This document shows positions 8,311 to 18,489 of a stretch of 50,938 nucleotides of DNA, piece by piece. The notes below the pieces were generated by a model. That model did not search any database, was not told the DNA's origin, and was given only the letters and a program-made list of their open reading frames with translations. The translations under genes and the position numbers were made by a program. The stretch covers positions 1 to 50,938 of the forward strand of contig DATLTX010000086.1 in assembly GCA_035533435.1 (NCBI GenBank). The letters are read 5' to 3'. Position 1 is the stretch's first letter, and each line of letters begins with the position of its first letter. This stretch comes from Candidatus Binataceae bacterium. GTDB taxonomy: Bacteria > Desulfobacterota > Binatia > Binatales > Binataceae.

Positions 8311-8377
8311 CCGACGCCCCGCGCGGCGCAAATGATCGAACAAGATGCTCGAAGAGCGCGATCGATCGGGAGACCAT

Positions 8378-9463
8378 ATGAAAGCGACCAAACAGCTTCA
8401 CGATGCTGGCCAGAGCCTGTGGCTCGACAACATCACACGCGCGCTGCTGAACAGTGGCGGCCTAAAGCGCTACATCGACGAGCTTTCGATAACGGGCCTT
8501 ACCTCGAACCCGACAATCTTCGATCACGCGATAAAAAGCAGCCCTGATTACGACGCCGCAATTGCGCAGAAAAACGGCGCCGGCCGCCAGGGCGAGGAGT
8601 TGTTCTTCGACCTTGCGCTCGAGGATCTGACCCGCGCCGCGGATCTGTTTCGCCCGGTACACGAACAGACCAATCGCGTGGACGGATGGGTCTCGCTCGA
8701 GGTCTCGCCGAAACTCGCGTATGACACGGCGAGCACGGTGAAGGCCGCCAAGGAGCTTTTCGCGCGCGCCGCGCGTCCCAACCTGTTCATCAAGATTCCC
8801 GGCACGCGCGAGGGACTGCCCGCGATCGAGGAAGCAATCTTTTCCGGAGTTTCGATCAATGTCACGCTGCTGTTCTCGCGCGAGCAATATCTCGCCGCCG
8901 CGGACGCCTATCTGCGCGGGATCGAGCGGCGCGTAGCCGCCGGGCTCAATCCGTTCGTAGGATCGGTCGCCTCGGTGTTTGTCAGCCGATGGGACGTGGC
9001 GGTTGCGAAAAAGCTGCCGCCCGCGATGCACGATCGGCTCGGTATCGCGATCGGCAAACGCATCTACAAGGCTTATCGCGACTTGCTCGCGACCGAGCGC
9101 TGGCTGCGGCTCGCGAATTCGGGCGCGCGCGCGCAGCGCCTGCTCTGGGCGAGCACCGGCACCAAGGATCCGAAATCGTCCGATATCCTGTACGTCAAGG
9201 CTCTCGCTTCTCCCCACACCGTCGATACGATGCCGGAAAATACGCTTCTCGCGATGCACGATCACGGCGAAGTCGGCGCGATGCTATCGGCCGACGGCGG
9301 CGACGCCGAGCGCGAGCTGGCCGAATTCACGAAGGCGGGAATCGACATCGACGCTTTGGCCGAGCAGCTTCAGAAAGAGGGCGCCGAGTCGTTCGTAAAG
9401 TCATGGGACGACCTGCTCGCCTGCATCGTGGACAAAAGCGCCTCGATAAAAAAGGCAAGCTGA
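8378..9463 (+). CDS. tal: transaldolase
   Basis: MKATKQLHDAGQSLWLDNITR...LTSNPTIF...IKIPGT signature. Start chosen at the ATG after GGGAGA. The ORF track gives a version from 8345. Confidence 0.9.
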   Translation: MKATKQLHDAGQSLWLDNITRALLNSGGLKRYIDELSITGLTSNPTIFDHAIKSSPDYDAAIAQKNGAGRQGEELFFDLALEDLTRAADLFRPVHEQTNRVDGWVSLEVSPKLAYDTASTVKAAKELFARAARPNLFIKIPGTREGLPAIEEAIFSGVSINVTLLFSREQYLAAADAYLRGIERRVAAGLNPFVGSVASVFVSRWDVAVAKKLPPAMHDRLGIAIGKRIYKAYRDLLATERWLRLANSGARAQRLLWASTGTKDPKSSDILYVKALASPHTVDTMPENTLLAMHDHGEVGAMLSADGGDAERELAEFTKAGIDIDALAEQLQKEGAESFVKSWDDLLACIVDKSASIKKAS

Positions 9464-9476
9464 GCGGAACTGAACA

Positions 9477-11141
9477 ATGGAACAGCCGCCGCTGGCCGCG
9501 TCCGCAAAAATTGCGCCACTGACGCAGCGTCCCGCGTGGATAGCGCTGGGCGAGCACTTCCAGAAGATTCGCGGCGCCCATCTGCGCGCGATGTTCAAAG
9601 ACGACCCGCGCCGCGCCGAGCGCTTCACGCTCGACGCCGCCGGACTTCACGCTGATTACTCGAAGCATCGCATCACCGACGAGACAATCCGTCTGCTCGT
9701 GGCGCTCGCCGAGCAGTCGGGGCTCGGCGCGCGAATCGAGGCGATGTTCTCGGGCGAGAAGATCAACGTCACCGAAAAACGCGCGGTGCTGCACGTCGCG
9801 CTGCGCGCGCCGCGCGGAGCGTCGATCGTCGTCGATGGCGAGAATGTGGTGCCGGCCGTCCACGAAGTGCTCGACCGGATGGCTGCGTTCGCGAATCGGG
9901 TCCGCAGCGGCGCGTGGACGGGGCATACCGGCAAGCGCATCCGCAATGTAATCAATATTGGAATCGGCGGCTCGGACCTTGGCCCCGTGATGGCTTATGA
10001 GGCGCTGCGTCATTACAGTGATCGCAACCTGACGATGCGTTTCGTTTCGAACGTCGATGGCACCGACTTCGCCGAGGCGACGCGCGACCTCGATCCCTCC
10101 GAGACGCTGTTCATCATATCTTCGAAGACGTTTACCACGCTCGAGACGATGACCAACGCGCACACGGCGCGCGATTGGAGTCTCTCCGCGCTCGGCGACG
10201 AGAAGGCGATTGCGAAACACTTCGTCGCGGTCTCGACCAATACTGAAGGGGTCGCCAAGTTCGGAATCGACACCGCCAACATGTTCGGCTTCTGGGATTG
10301 GGTGGGCGGACGCTATTCGATGGACTCGGCGATCGGGCTCTCGACGATGATCGCGGTTGGACCAGAGAACTTCACCGCGATGTTGTCGGGGTTCCGCGCG
10401 ATCGACGAGCATTTCCGCACTGCGCCGTTTGCAAAGAATCTGCCGATCCTGATGGGCTTGCTTGCGGTCTGGTACAACGATTTCTTTGGCGCGCAGACGG
10501 TCGGCGTGTTTCCGTACGAGCAATACCTGAAGCGCTTTCCCGCTTATCTGCAGCAGCTCACGATGGAATCAAACGGCAAGCACGTAACGCTCGACGGCGC
10601 CGCCGTAGATTATCAAACCGGTCCCATCTTTTGGGGCGAGCCCGGCACCAACGGACAGCATTCGTTCTACCAACTGATTCATCAGGGGACCAAGCTGATC
10701 CCGTGCGACTTCATCGGATTTTATCGCACGCTCAATCCGCTCGGGCGCCATCACGACTTGCTAATGGCCAATGTCTTTGCGCAGGCCGAAGCGCTCGCGT
10801 TCGGTAAAACGCCCGAAGAGGTCAAAGCCGAAGGCACCCCCGACTGGCTGGTGCCCCATCGAGTGTTCGAGGGTAATCGCCCTTCGACGACGATTCTGGC
10901 AGATCAACTCACTCCCGAGACGCTCGGCAAGCTCGTCGCGCTGTATGAGCATAGCGTATTCACGCAGGGTACGATCTGGAATATCGACTCGTTCGATCAG
11001 TGGGGAGTAGAGCTGGGCAAGGTCCTTGCGCAGCGAATCGTGCCCGAACTCGAAAGCGAGTCCGCGCCGCAACTCAAGCATGACGCCTCGACTAATGCAC
11101 TGATTACCATGTATCGCGCCAACCGCGCGAAGCACGGATAG
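9477..11141 (+). CDS. pgi: glucose-6-phosphate isomerase
   Basis: 554 aa with canonical PGI motifs ([40 protein letters not shown]). Confidence 0.95.
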   Translation: MEQPPLAASAKIAPLTQRPAWIALGEHFQKIRGAHLRAMFKDDPRRAERFTLDAAGLHADYSKHRITDETIRLLVALAEQSGLGARIEAMFSGEKINVTEKRAVLHVALRAPRGASIVVDGENVVPAVHEVLDRMAAFANRVRSGAWTGHTGKRIRNVINIGIGGSDLGPVMAYEALRHYSDRNLTMRFVSNVDGTDFAEATRDLDPSETLFIISSKTFTTLETMTNAHTARDWSLSALGDEKAIAKHFVAVSTNTEGVAKFGIDTANMFGFWDWVGGRYSMDSAIGLSTMIAVGPENFTAMLSGFRAIDEHFRTAPFAKNLPILMGLLAVWYNDFFGAQTVGVFPYEQYLKRFPAYLQQLTMESNGKHVTLDGAAVDYQTGPIFWGEPGTNGQHSFYQLIHQGTKLIPCDFIGFYRTLNPLGRHHDLLMANVFAQAEALAFGKTPEEVKAEGTPDWLVPHRVFEGNRPSTTILADQLTPETLGKLVALYEHSVFTQGTIWNIDSFDQWGVELGKVLAQRIVPELESESAPQLKHDASTNALITMYRANRAKHG

Positions 11142-11153
11142 CGGGGCGCCGAA

Positions 11154-11573
11154 TCACGGTTCGAGCACGCAGCTCTGAATCTCATCGTGCGCGGCATCGG
11201 CATCCATCGGGTTCAAATGCGGATGTCCGCGGAGAACGCCCCAGCCGAAATCCTCTTTGATATAGTAATTGCGCGGCTCGGCCAGAATCTCGACTTTATC
11301 GGCGCTTTCGGCGCCTTGGACGCTGCACGTGACCTTGCCGGCCGGGACTACGAAGGCGTGATATCCTCCGGGGCCGATTTGCGCGCTCTCGCCGCCGCAG
11401 ACAACATCGGGCCGCAATAGCGAACTCGCATAGCTATAGGGCCGGTACACATAAATCACGGCACTGGTTGACGGAAACGCAACTTTCTCGAAAGGGCGCC
11501 CTTGCACCGCGCATCCTGGCGCGGCGCAAAACATCGAACATAGAATCCACGAAATGGCGCCTTGATGCTTCAC
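11154..11573 (-). CDS. putative lipoprotein, DUF2846-like
   Basis: A GTG start at 11573 gives MKHQGAISWILCSMFCAAPGC (lipobox APGC). VIYVYRP...GGYHAFVVPAGK resembles DUF2846. The start overlaps the upstream stop (GTGA). The supplied 304-aa ORF upstream of this start is Arg-rich and implausible. Confidence 0.55.
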   Translation of the reverse strand: MKHQGAISWILCSMFCAAPGCAVQGRPFEKVAFPSTSAVIYVYRPYSYASSLLRPDVVCGGESAQIGPGGYHAFVVPAGKVTCSVQGAESADKVEILAEPRNYYIKEDFGWGVLRGHPHLNPMDADAAHDEIQSCVLEP

Positions 11574-12136
11574 TTGCCCGCCGTATCGCCTGCTGAGCGT
11601 TTTGAACCGGCGACGGCGCTGGCGAGGCGGTTCGAGTCGTTCGCGAGTTGCGCATCGATCTTCTCGCGCACGGCGGCGCGCGCCTGATTCTCGAGCGACG
11701 CGTGAGTAGGTTCCGAGTCGAGATTGTAGGTTTGAAAAACGCGGACCTTGGCAGTGTAGTATCCGATTACCTTGTCGCCGTCGGAGATCGACAGCGTCGC
11801 GAAAGCGGTGACGCCATACTCTCCCAGCGTAGCGCCAAAATAGGTGGCGGGATCGAGCGCCGAGAGCAGCAGCGGAGTGTGCCGCTCGTCGTGGGTCAGT
11901 TCCTCGCGATATGAGAACGCAATCGGCGAGGTCTTCGATAGCGAAATCGCCACCGAGGGCGGGATCTCTTCCGCATCGCCTTCGCTCAGCCGTCCCTTGA
12001 AGGGCAGAGGCGCGGCCTGTGCCGGAGACGGTTGTATTTGCGCGACCGTAGCCTGTTGGGTAGCGCATCCATCAGCGAAACTCGCGAGTGAAAGCGAAAC
12101 AATAGCCAGGACGTACAGCGGCGCGCGGTAAAGCAA
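11570..12136 (-). CDS. hypothetical lipoprotein
   Basis: Signal peptide with lipobox (LYRAPLYVLAIVSLSLASFADGC). Start uncertain: the TTG at 12136 gives a compact signal peptide. The longest ORF (GTG at 12265) would overlap the esterase 3' end by 58 nt. Confidence 0.5.
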   Translation of the reverse strand: MLYRAPLYVLAIVSLSLASFADGCATQQATVAQIQPSPAQAAPLPFKGRLSEGDAEEIPPSVAISLSKTSPIAFSYREELTHDERHTPLLLSALDPATYFGATLGEYGVTAFATLSISDGDKVIGYYTAKVRVFQTYNLDSEPTHASLENQARAAVREKIDAQLANDSNRLASAVAGSKRSAGDTAGK

Positions 12137-12207
12137 GCCGCCTGGCGCCGGTCGGCGTGCCTTAGGTGATCTCGACTGATAATTCAGATCGAACGTTGTC
12201 GAAATGA

Positions 12208-13746
12208 CTATTTGCCGCTCCACGCGAGACGCTCCGCCCGAAAGGGATCGTCTTCGATTCTGCACCGATCATCGAAGATCATCGTTGCTCGGCGCTCAGG
12301 CGAGTAATGCGGCCAAGCCGGAATACCCGCATGATTCGGAGCCCCGCTGCGCGCGAACGCGAGCCACGCTTTACTCATTTTGTCGGCCAGCGCGAAACGA
12401 GTCGGCGAGTCGCCGGCCAGTTTCGAGGTATGGAGCGTATCGAACACGAATGGAATCTCGAGCGCGTGCGGAGACTTGAGCCGGCCCTCGAGGACTGGGG
12501 TTTCCCACGTGAACATATATACAAATACCGCCCCGGACTGTTGCGCTGCCTTGCGATCGGCGATGACAAGCGACGGGATGCGCATCGATTGGTCGGTCGC
12601 AATCGCGAGCACAATATCGCGCGGCGCGGCGGCGGGCCGCGCGCTCCGGTAAGAGGCGACAATCGCGTCGGCGCGGTCGCCCACGAACATCGCGACACGC
12701 GAACGCATCGCAGCCTCGTCCATTCCGTCGAGCCACGGCGCCAATCCGAAGAACAGCGTCATCTCGTCCTTGTTGGTTCCGATCATGAGAGGCACGCGCG
12801 CGGAGAGTTCCGGCGCGGTGGGTGCGAACGGTCCGCGGGGCAGATGGGTTCCATCGACGACCGGATTGAATCCGACCCGGCGCCGATTGGCGAACGACAT
12901 CATGCTGACCTTCTTGAGCACCGCCGCCTGCGCGCTCGCGATTCGCTCGGCGGGCAGCTTGCGGAGTTCGCCGGCCTGCGCGGCGGAGAGTCCGAGTTCG
13001 CCCAAAAGCTGGCGAGCAGTCGTGGAGGCGTCTTCGCGGCTGGCCATTTCGACCGCCGGACCGCTCTGCACGATCGCTTTGTGGAAGAGTCCGTGCGCCG
13101 CCGGCATCGCCATCAGCACGCAAACTTTCGCGCCGCCGCCCGATTCGCCGAAGATGGTCACATTGTCCGGGTCGCCGCCGAAGTTCGCGATATTGTCGCG
13201 CACCCATCCGAGCGCCGCCACGATATCGAGCATCCCGGCACTGCCTGCGGATGCGAACTCTTTGCCGGCGAGATCTTCGAGATGCAGATAGCCGAACGCG
13301 CCCAGCCGATGATTGATCGTAACGATAACCGTGTCGCCCTTGCGCGCCAGGTTAGTGCCGTCGTACCAAGGCGACGAGCCGGAGCCCGCGATAAACGCTC
13401 CGCCGTGGCACCAGAACATAACTGGGCGCTTGCGGCCATCGCCGAGCGCGGGAGTCCATACGTTGAGGACGAGGCAGTCCTCGCTCATCGGCAGCGGCTC
13501 GAAACCGACGAAAACCTTCATGAGGGCGGGCGGAAGGTTAAAAGCGTTGTCGTCCTGCATCGCGCGCGGGCCGTACTCCAGCGCGTCGCGCACTCCAGTC
13601 CATGGCGAAACTGCGAGAGGGGGCTTAAATCGATTCGCGCCAATGGGTGGAGCGGCATAGGGGACGCCCTTGAAGACGTTGACGCCTTGATCGATCGTCC
13701 CGCGTATTTTTCCCGTGTTGGTCTCAGCGATAACCTGCTCTGCCAT
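12208..13746 (-). CDS. carboxylesterase/lipase type B (para-nitrobenzyl esterase-like)
   Basis: Nucleophile elbow GESGGG, oxyanion region HGGAF, overall type-B carboxylesterase pattern. The ATG at 13746 is preceded by GGGAGAG. The ORF track gives a version from 13776. Confidence 0.9.
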   Translation of the reverse strand: MAEQVIAETNTGKIRGTIDQGVNVFKGVPYAAPPIGANRFKPPLAVSPWTGVRDALEYGPRAMQDDNAFNLPPALMKVFVGFEPLPMSEDCLVLNVWTPALGDGRKRPVMFWCHGGAFIAGSGSSPWYDGTNLARKGDTVIVTINHRLGAFGYLHLEDLAGKEFASAGSAGMLDIVAALGWVRDNIANFGGDPDNVTIFGESGGGAKVCVLMAMPAAHGLFHKAIVQSGPAVEMASREDASTTARQLLGELGLSAAQAGELRKLPAERIASAQAAVLKKVSMMSFANRRRVGFNPVVDGTHLPRGPFAPTAPELSARVPLMIGTNKDEMTLFFGLAPWLDGMDEAAMRSRVAMFVGDRADAIVASYRSARPAAAPRDIVLAIATDQSMRIPSLVIADRKAAQQSGAVFVYMFTWETPVLEGRLKSPHALEIPFVFDTLHTSKLAGDSPTRFALADKMSKAWLAFARSGAPNHAGIPAWPHYSPERRATMIFDDRCRIEDDPFRAERLAWSGK

Positions 13747-13857
13747 GGATGCTCTCCCGCGTGCTGGTCCTGGCACACAGCATAGCGAATCTCGCGCCGG
13801 AATCGCGACGGGATTGCGCGCTTGTCCTGCCCAGTGATTGCGGTTGTGCGCGCCCGC

Positions 13858-14343
13858 TCAGCCGCCCGCGGCTTTGAGCCGCTTCTGCGCCAGCGAGAAG
13901 ATGTGCCAGTTGCCCGTGGTCCAGGTGAGAGTCAGCTTGCACGCGCGGATTTTCCATCCGGCTGGGGTGCGGATGAAATGATTCGTGTAATAGCCGCCCA
14001 TCGTCTGCGTGCTGTCGCCCTGATCATTGGGAAGATAGTGCTGCGCCTGCACGTAGGCGACGCATAGCGCGCGGTCGCCATCGACCGTGATTACATGATT
14101 GGTGATCATGTGCTGGGTAGCCTTAAGCCCGCTCACCGTTTTGCGCGCCGACTCGGTCCATCTTTCGGCACTTACGGTGCGAGGAGTTCCGCCGAATAGC
14201 GACGTGAAATCCACTTCGATTTCATCGGCGAAGCACGAGCGGAACGCGGTCCAATCGCGGAAATCAAGCCCGGTTCCGTAGCGTAGCTGGACGTCGCTTA
14301 TTTCGGCGCGATCAGTGAGTAGCTTGAGCCGTGCGTCTTCCAT
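13858..14343 (-). CDS. SnoaL-like / NTF2 superfamily protein
   Basis: 161 aa. N-terminal LTDRAEISDVQLRYGTGLDFRDW pattern typical of SnoaL_4 domain proteins. Confidence 0.8.
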   Translation of the reverse strand: MEDARLKLLTDRAEISDVQLRYGTGLDFRDWTAFRSCFADEIEVDFTSLFGGTPRTVSAERWTESARKTVSGLKATQHMITNHVITVDGDRALCVAYVQAQHYLPNDQGDSTQTMGGYYTNHFIRTPAGWKIRACKLTLTWTTGNWHIFSLAQKRLKAAGG

Positions 14344-14410
14344 CGTAAGCGGCCTCCGTCAGGTCGGCGTTCAAACCAACTTACACCAGATGACCGCAAT
14401 TGCGCGCCAG

Positions 14411-14752
14411 CTAGCCGCGCGAGGTTGCCAGGCCGAGCGCCGCGCGCAGCTTTGGCTTTAGCAGATGCACCAGCTCGGCTTCCCAGCAGATATAGTTGTC
14501 GGGCACGTCGAGGACGACGACCTTGTCCGCGTGCGCGTCGCCAAAGCGTTCGAGGATGAAGCGGCGATGCGCGTGCTCCATCACGCAGATCACGTCGGCC
14601 TCTTCGACCAGTTCCGAATTGACCGGATTTTTGGCCCACGGCTCGGTGCCGGCCGACGTTACCCACATCGGCGCGCACATCTCGGCGAGCAGCATCGCGG
14701 CGGTTGGGCTGCGGTCCTTGTTGCCGGTGCAGATCATCAGGACTTTCTTCAT
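14411..14752 (-). CDS. low-molecular-weight phosphotyrosine phosphatase / ArsC-like family protein
   Basis: 113 aa with N-terminal P-loop CTGNKDRS (CX5R-S). Confidence 0.8.
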   Translation of the reverse strand: MKKVLMICTGNKDRSPTAAMLLAEMCAPMWVTSAGTEPWAKNPVNSELVEEADVICVMEHAHRRFILERFGDAHADKVVVLDVPDNYICWEAELVHLLKPKLRAALGLATSRG

Positions 14753-14811
14753 GACGATCGAATCCTAGCAGCGAAAACCTACCCGATGGAATGCGTGAAA
14801 TGGAGATGCAG

Positions 14812-14833
14812 GGGCGGCCCTGCGTGGCCGCCC
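14812..14833 (-). terminator. GC-rich hairpin immediately after the cyclase-STAND gene stop
   Basis: GGGCGGCC-6 nt-GGCCGCCC (8-bp stem) starts 7 nt after the stop at 14841. There is no clear U-tract on the coding strand. Confidence 0.4.
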
Positions 14834-14840
14834 GATTTCG

Positions 14841-17800
14841 CTATTTCCGCGGCGCGGGGTCGGTCCATTGGAGGGCATATACTCGATGCGCGCCAGAGAG
14901 TCCCTTTAATTCCAGGTCGCGGCCCGCGCCGAAGGCTAGATCGCCGGCGCTTTCGGTTAGATCTTTGAGCGTTGCTGAGACCAAAATTTCGCCGCCGCGC
15001 GCGCGTGCGCCGATCCGTGATGCGACAATTACCGTCTTGCCGTAAAAGTCGCCGGTCTCCTTGATCGCTTCGCCGGTATGGGCGCCGATCGACACGCGGA
15101 TTGGCGCGTCCGGATGAGCCGCCGAGTATGCGGCGCATGCGCGCTGAATCGCGATCGCACAATTGAGTGCGCGACGAGCGCTGGGAAACGCGATCATGAA
15201 TCCGTCGCCCATCGATTTTACTTCGAAGCCCTGATGCGCCGAAATCTCGGCGCGAACGAGCGCATTGTGCTCGCGCAGCCACACTTGCGCGCGAACGTCG
15301 CCGAGCCGCTCGGTGGTTCCGGTCGAGTCTTCGATATCGGTAAACATGATCGTAACGGTGCCGTCGGGTCCCGCGTCGGCTCGTGGAGCGGGTCCAGTCA
15401 ACTCGCGCAGATTTTCCTTCAGCACGATCATCCCCAGCGCCTCGGCGCTGGCGAGTGCGGACTCGGCGAGTTCGAGCGCGCGTTCGCGGTCGCCAGGCTT
15501 GCCGCGCCCCAGCAGCATCGCCGCGAATTCATAGCGCGTGCGCGCGACCCATGCGCTTGCGCCCATTTTCAGATTGAAAAGCAGCGCCGCCTCGAAATGG
15601 GCTTCGGCCCGATCGAGATCGCCGGTCGTTGCGGCAAGCATCGCGAGGTAATGCGCCACGGCGCCGTAGCAAACATGGATATCGAGCACGGCGTTGCGTG
15701 CGGCGAACGGCTCGAGCAAGTCGTACAAGGTTCGCGCGCGCGCGGCGTCGCCCAAAAACGCGCAGACTTCCGCCAGCATCACCATCGTTGCATACCAGCT
15801 CATGTCGCGTGGCAGAGCGGCGAAGTTTCCGGCTGCCAGTTCCTCGAACCGCGCGCGCGCTTCGGCGCGGCGGCCGGTTTGCGAATGCAGGAACGCCATC
15901 GCGCAGCGCCGGAGCGCCGAGCCCGGAGTGCGCGCCAGGGTGGTCCGCAGGACAGGCTCGAGTTCCGCCAGCCGTCCCTGCTCGCGGCGCAAGATCAGCA
16001 ACTGGGAATTGACCGCGCCGCGAAACGGACCGATGCGCCGCTCCAGGCGCATCGCGACTTCGAGCGTCTTGACTCCGAGCCGCTCGGCTTCGGCGAAGCG
16101 CCCGTCCATCAGGGCTCGTGTTGCGCGGATCAACTCCTCGTACCCGAGGTCCTGGCGCAGCTCTCCGGCCAGCCGCGAGTAGTTGGCGATCTCGCGATCG
16201 ACGGCCGGAATATCTCCAACTTCGAGCAGATCGGCAAAGTGCATGTAGTGCGCACCAAGGCCCCACACGCGAAGCGCCCAGCGCCGATTTCCGCTCTCTC
16301 CGGCAAGCGCGATTATCTCGCTTGCGATCTCGAGCCGCTCTTCGAGATTGCCGGGTTCCCAGACTGCCGTGTGGCGCGTGTAAAGAACGTAGAGCAGGGC
16401 GGCCGAATCGCCGACCCGGCGCGCGATCTCGACCGCCTGGCGCGAAAGGACGGCGCGTCGCGGGTCGTGCGCCCAGAAATATTCGGCGGACATGCGCGCC
16501 AGAATCATCGCAAGCTGCGCGCTATCGGCGCCGCCCAGGGCGTCGCGCGCCTGTTCGAGCATCGCGATCAGATCATGATCGGCGCGCTCCGGCGTTGACG
16601 GCGGCATCCCGAATCCCAGCGCGGCGCGCGCGATGTCTTCGGCGCTGCCGATTTGCCGCGCGCACACGGAAGCGCGCGCAAAGGCTGCCCGCGCGCGATC
16701 GAACAGGCCCGCGCCGTACAAAACTTCGCCGAGGCTCAGCAGCATCTCGCACCGCAGCCGTCCGTCTTCGGCGTGGCCGAGTTCGAGCGCCGCCAGAGCC
16801 ATCTCGTAAAGCCGCGCCGCATCTTCGTACGCAAGCATCGCCTGCGCGTGCTGGGCGCCGCGATGCGCGTATGCGATCGCCTTATCCAGCGGGCCTGACG
16901 GCAGGGCCGCGCCGTAATGATGAGCAAGCTTGGCGAGTTGCGGCTCGAGGTTGGCGCGATGCAGCGACTCGAGGGTTTGCGCGATCTGCAGATGCAACCC
17001 GCGCGCGGAGGGTTTGCTCAGATCGCTGTAAAGAGTTTCGGGAATCAACGCGTGGCTGAAGCGGTAGCCGCCGATATGATCGTGCCGGGTGGTCACCAGA
17101 CCGGCCGCCTCGGCTTCATCCAGAGCGCCGAGCAAAGACTCGACCGGCAGCGCGCACGCCTCGCGAATTGTTGCCAGATCGAAATCGCGGCCCGCAACCG
17201 CAGCGACGGTGAGCGCTCCGCGCGTAACTGCGGAGACCAGCTCGACGCGGCGCTTGATCGCGGCGCGCACTCCGTCGGGGATGCGGAAAGGGGCGATCGC
17301 GCGAGCGCCCTTGCGCGGCACGCTGCCCTCGGCGGCCAGCAGGCGCACGATCTCGCTAAGAAAGAAGGGATTGCCTTCGGTGACCTTGTGCAGCTCCTCG
17401 ACCAGCGCCGGATCGGAGCCGTCGGTCCGGCGCGAGCGCACGAACTCGGCAACCTCGGCCGCGCCAAGCCCGCAAAGCACCATCGCAACGCCCTCGCGGC
17501 GCAGTTCGGCAAAGAGCTGGGCCCGTTTGGGATCGAGCCGGAGTTCATTCTCGCGGTAGGTGACGATTATCAATAGCGGCAAGCGGCGCACGCCGCGCGC
17601 AATGAAGCGCAGCAGCAGAAGCGAGGCCGGATCGGCGGCGTGCGCGTCGTCGAGCACGATCAGAAGCGGGCGATCGCGCGCGAGCGCCGCGATCAGAGTC
17701 GCGATCGAATCGAACAGGCGAAAGCGTTGATCGGCGGGCTCGTTGGACCCCAAGCCCGTCGCTTGCGCGGGCGGCTCGGAAGCCGCTGGCGATTGCGCCG

Positions 17801-18161
17801 CGGCGCGAAATTCCGGCATCAGCGCCGACAACTGCGCCGCGCGATCGCCGAGCAGAGCGGCGAGCGCCTGGCGGTCGCGCTCACGCAAGAGCGCGCGCAG
17901 AATCTCCGTCCACGGCCAATACGCGGGCGCTCCGCCGTCTTCCCAGCATCGCCCCCAGGCGACTTGCGCGCCACGGGCCGCAGCCTCGGTCGAGATCTCG
18001 TCAGCCAGCGCGGTCTTGCCGATACCGGGTTCGCCGCCCACCATCAGCAGGCAACCCCGTCCGGCGACGGCGTCGTCCAGTGCGGCGCGCAGCTCGAGCA
18101 TTTCGGGCATCCGCCCGATGAGCCTGGAGCCCTGGTTGGTCATCGGTTGCGCCCGCGCCAA
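14841..18161 (-). CDS. AAA_16 ATPase - TPR/helical repeat - class III adenylate/guanylate cyclase domain protein (STAND-like signalling NTPase)
   Basis: 1106 aa. Walker A GEPGIGKT near the N-terminus and a long helical-repeat middle. The C-terminal cyclase signature is FTDIEDST, VKSMGDGF, IGAHTGEA, GKTVIVASR. Alternative ATG start at 18143. Confidence 0.85.
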   Translation of the reverse strand: MARAQPMTNQGSRLIGRMPEMLELRAALDDAVAGRGCLLMVGGEPGIGKTALADEISTEAAARGAQVAWGRCWEDGGAPAYWPWTEILRALLRERDRQALAALLGDRAAQLSALMPEFRAAAQSPAASEPPAQATGLGSNEPADQRFRLFDSIATLIAALARDRPLLIVLDDAHAADPASLLLLRFIARGVRRLPLLIIVTYRENELRLDPKRAQLFAELRREGVAMVLCGLGAAEVAEFVRSRRTDGSDPALVEELHKVTEGNPFFLSEIVRLLAAEGSVPRKGARAIAPFRIPDGVRAAIKRRVELVSAVTRGALTVAAVAGRDFDLATIREACALPVESLLGALDEAEAAGLVTTRHDHIGGYRFSHALIPETLYSDLSKPSARGLHLQIAQTLESLHRANLEPQLAKLAHHYGAALPSGPLDKAIAYAHRGAQHAQAMLAYEDAARLYEMALAALELGHAEDGRLRCEMLLSLGEVLYGAGLFDRARAAFARASVCARQIGSAEDIARAALGFGMPPSTPERADHDLIAMLEQARDALGGADSAQLAMILARMSAEYFWAHDPRRAVLSRQAVEIARRVGDSAALLYVLYTRHTAVWEPGNLEERLEIASEIIALAGESGNRRWALRVWGLGAHYMHFADLLEVGDIPAVDREIANYSRLAGELRQDLGYEELIRATRALMDGRFAEAERLGVKTLEVAMRLERRIGPFRGAVNSQLLILRREQGRLAELEPVLRTTLARTPGSALRRCAMAFLHSQTGRRAEARARFEELAAGNFAALPRDMSWYATMVMLAEVCAFLGDAARARTLYDLLEPFAARNAVLDIHVCYGAVAHYLAMLAATTGDLDRAEAHFEAALLFNLKMGASAWVARTRYEFAAMLLGRGKPGDRERALELAESALASAEALGMIVLKENLRELTGPAPRADAGPDGTVTIMFTDIEDSTGTTERLGDVRAQVWLREHNALVRAEISAHQGFEVKSMGDGFMIAFPSARRALNCAIAIQRACAAYSAAHPDAPIRVSIGAHTGEAIKETGDFYGKTVIVASRIGARARGGEILVSATLKDLTESAGDLAFGAGRDLELKGLSGAHRVYALQWTDPAPRK

Positions 18162-18221
18162 AAGTACCGTCGCCGCCCGAGGCGGTCCGCCGTCAAGTGC
18201 GCGAAGCTGGCCGAGAGGATT

Positions 18222-18383
18222 CTATTGGGCGGCGCCCATCGCTTTGACCAATTTTTCAATTAGCGCGGTCATCTTGGTCATTTGCTCGTTGCTCTTGCGC
18301 ACCAACTTCACGAGCTCATCCATCTGCTTGGCGTAGCGGCCGCGTTCCTTCGCATCCATCACACTGATCAGCGCAGCAGGCAT
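18222..18383 (-). CDS. small hypothetical coiled-coil protein (53 aa)
   Basis: The ATG at 18383 is preceded by GGGAGGT with 7-nt spacing. MPAALISVMDAKERGRYAKQMDELVKLVRKSNEQMTKMTALIEKLVKAMGAAQ is heptad-like. The supplied 144-aa ORF extension is implausible. Confidence 0.5.
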   Translation of the reverse strand: MPAALISVMDAKERGRYAKQMDELVKLVRKSNEQMTKMTALIEKLVKAMGAAQ

Positions 18384-18489
18384 AGTAGTTACCTCCCGGA
18401 GTGATTCGTCGTGGTCGAGTCGGCTTCGCTGCGAATTACGATCTAACATCCGCCGAGTTGCCGCAATGACGGCATCAGGATACGAGCGC

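Noticed and set aside
12307-13785. 492-aa plus-strand ORF
   Set aside because: Antisense to the carboxylesterase gene (GESGGG motif on the minus strand). Arg-rich composition. A shadow ORF.
15078-16598. 506-aa plus-strand ORF. Similar long antisense ORFs occur at 9327-10523, 19011-20255, 5458-6378, 45420-46526, 21325-22110, 28658-29416, 29853-31607 and 40534-41376.
   Set aside because: Every one lies opposite a gene with clear family signatures. All have Arg/Gly/His-heavy, low-information translations. They are judged to be GC-driven open frames, not genes.
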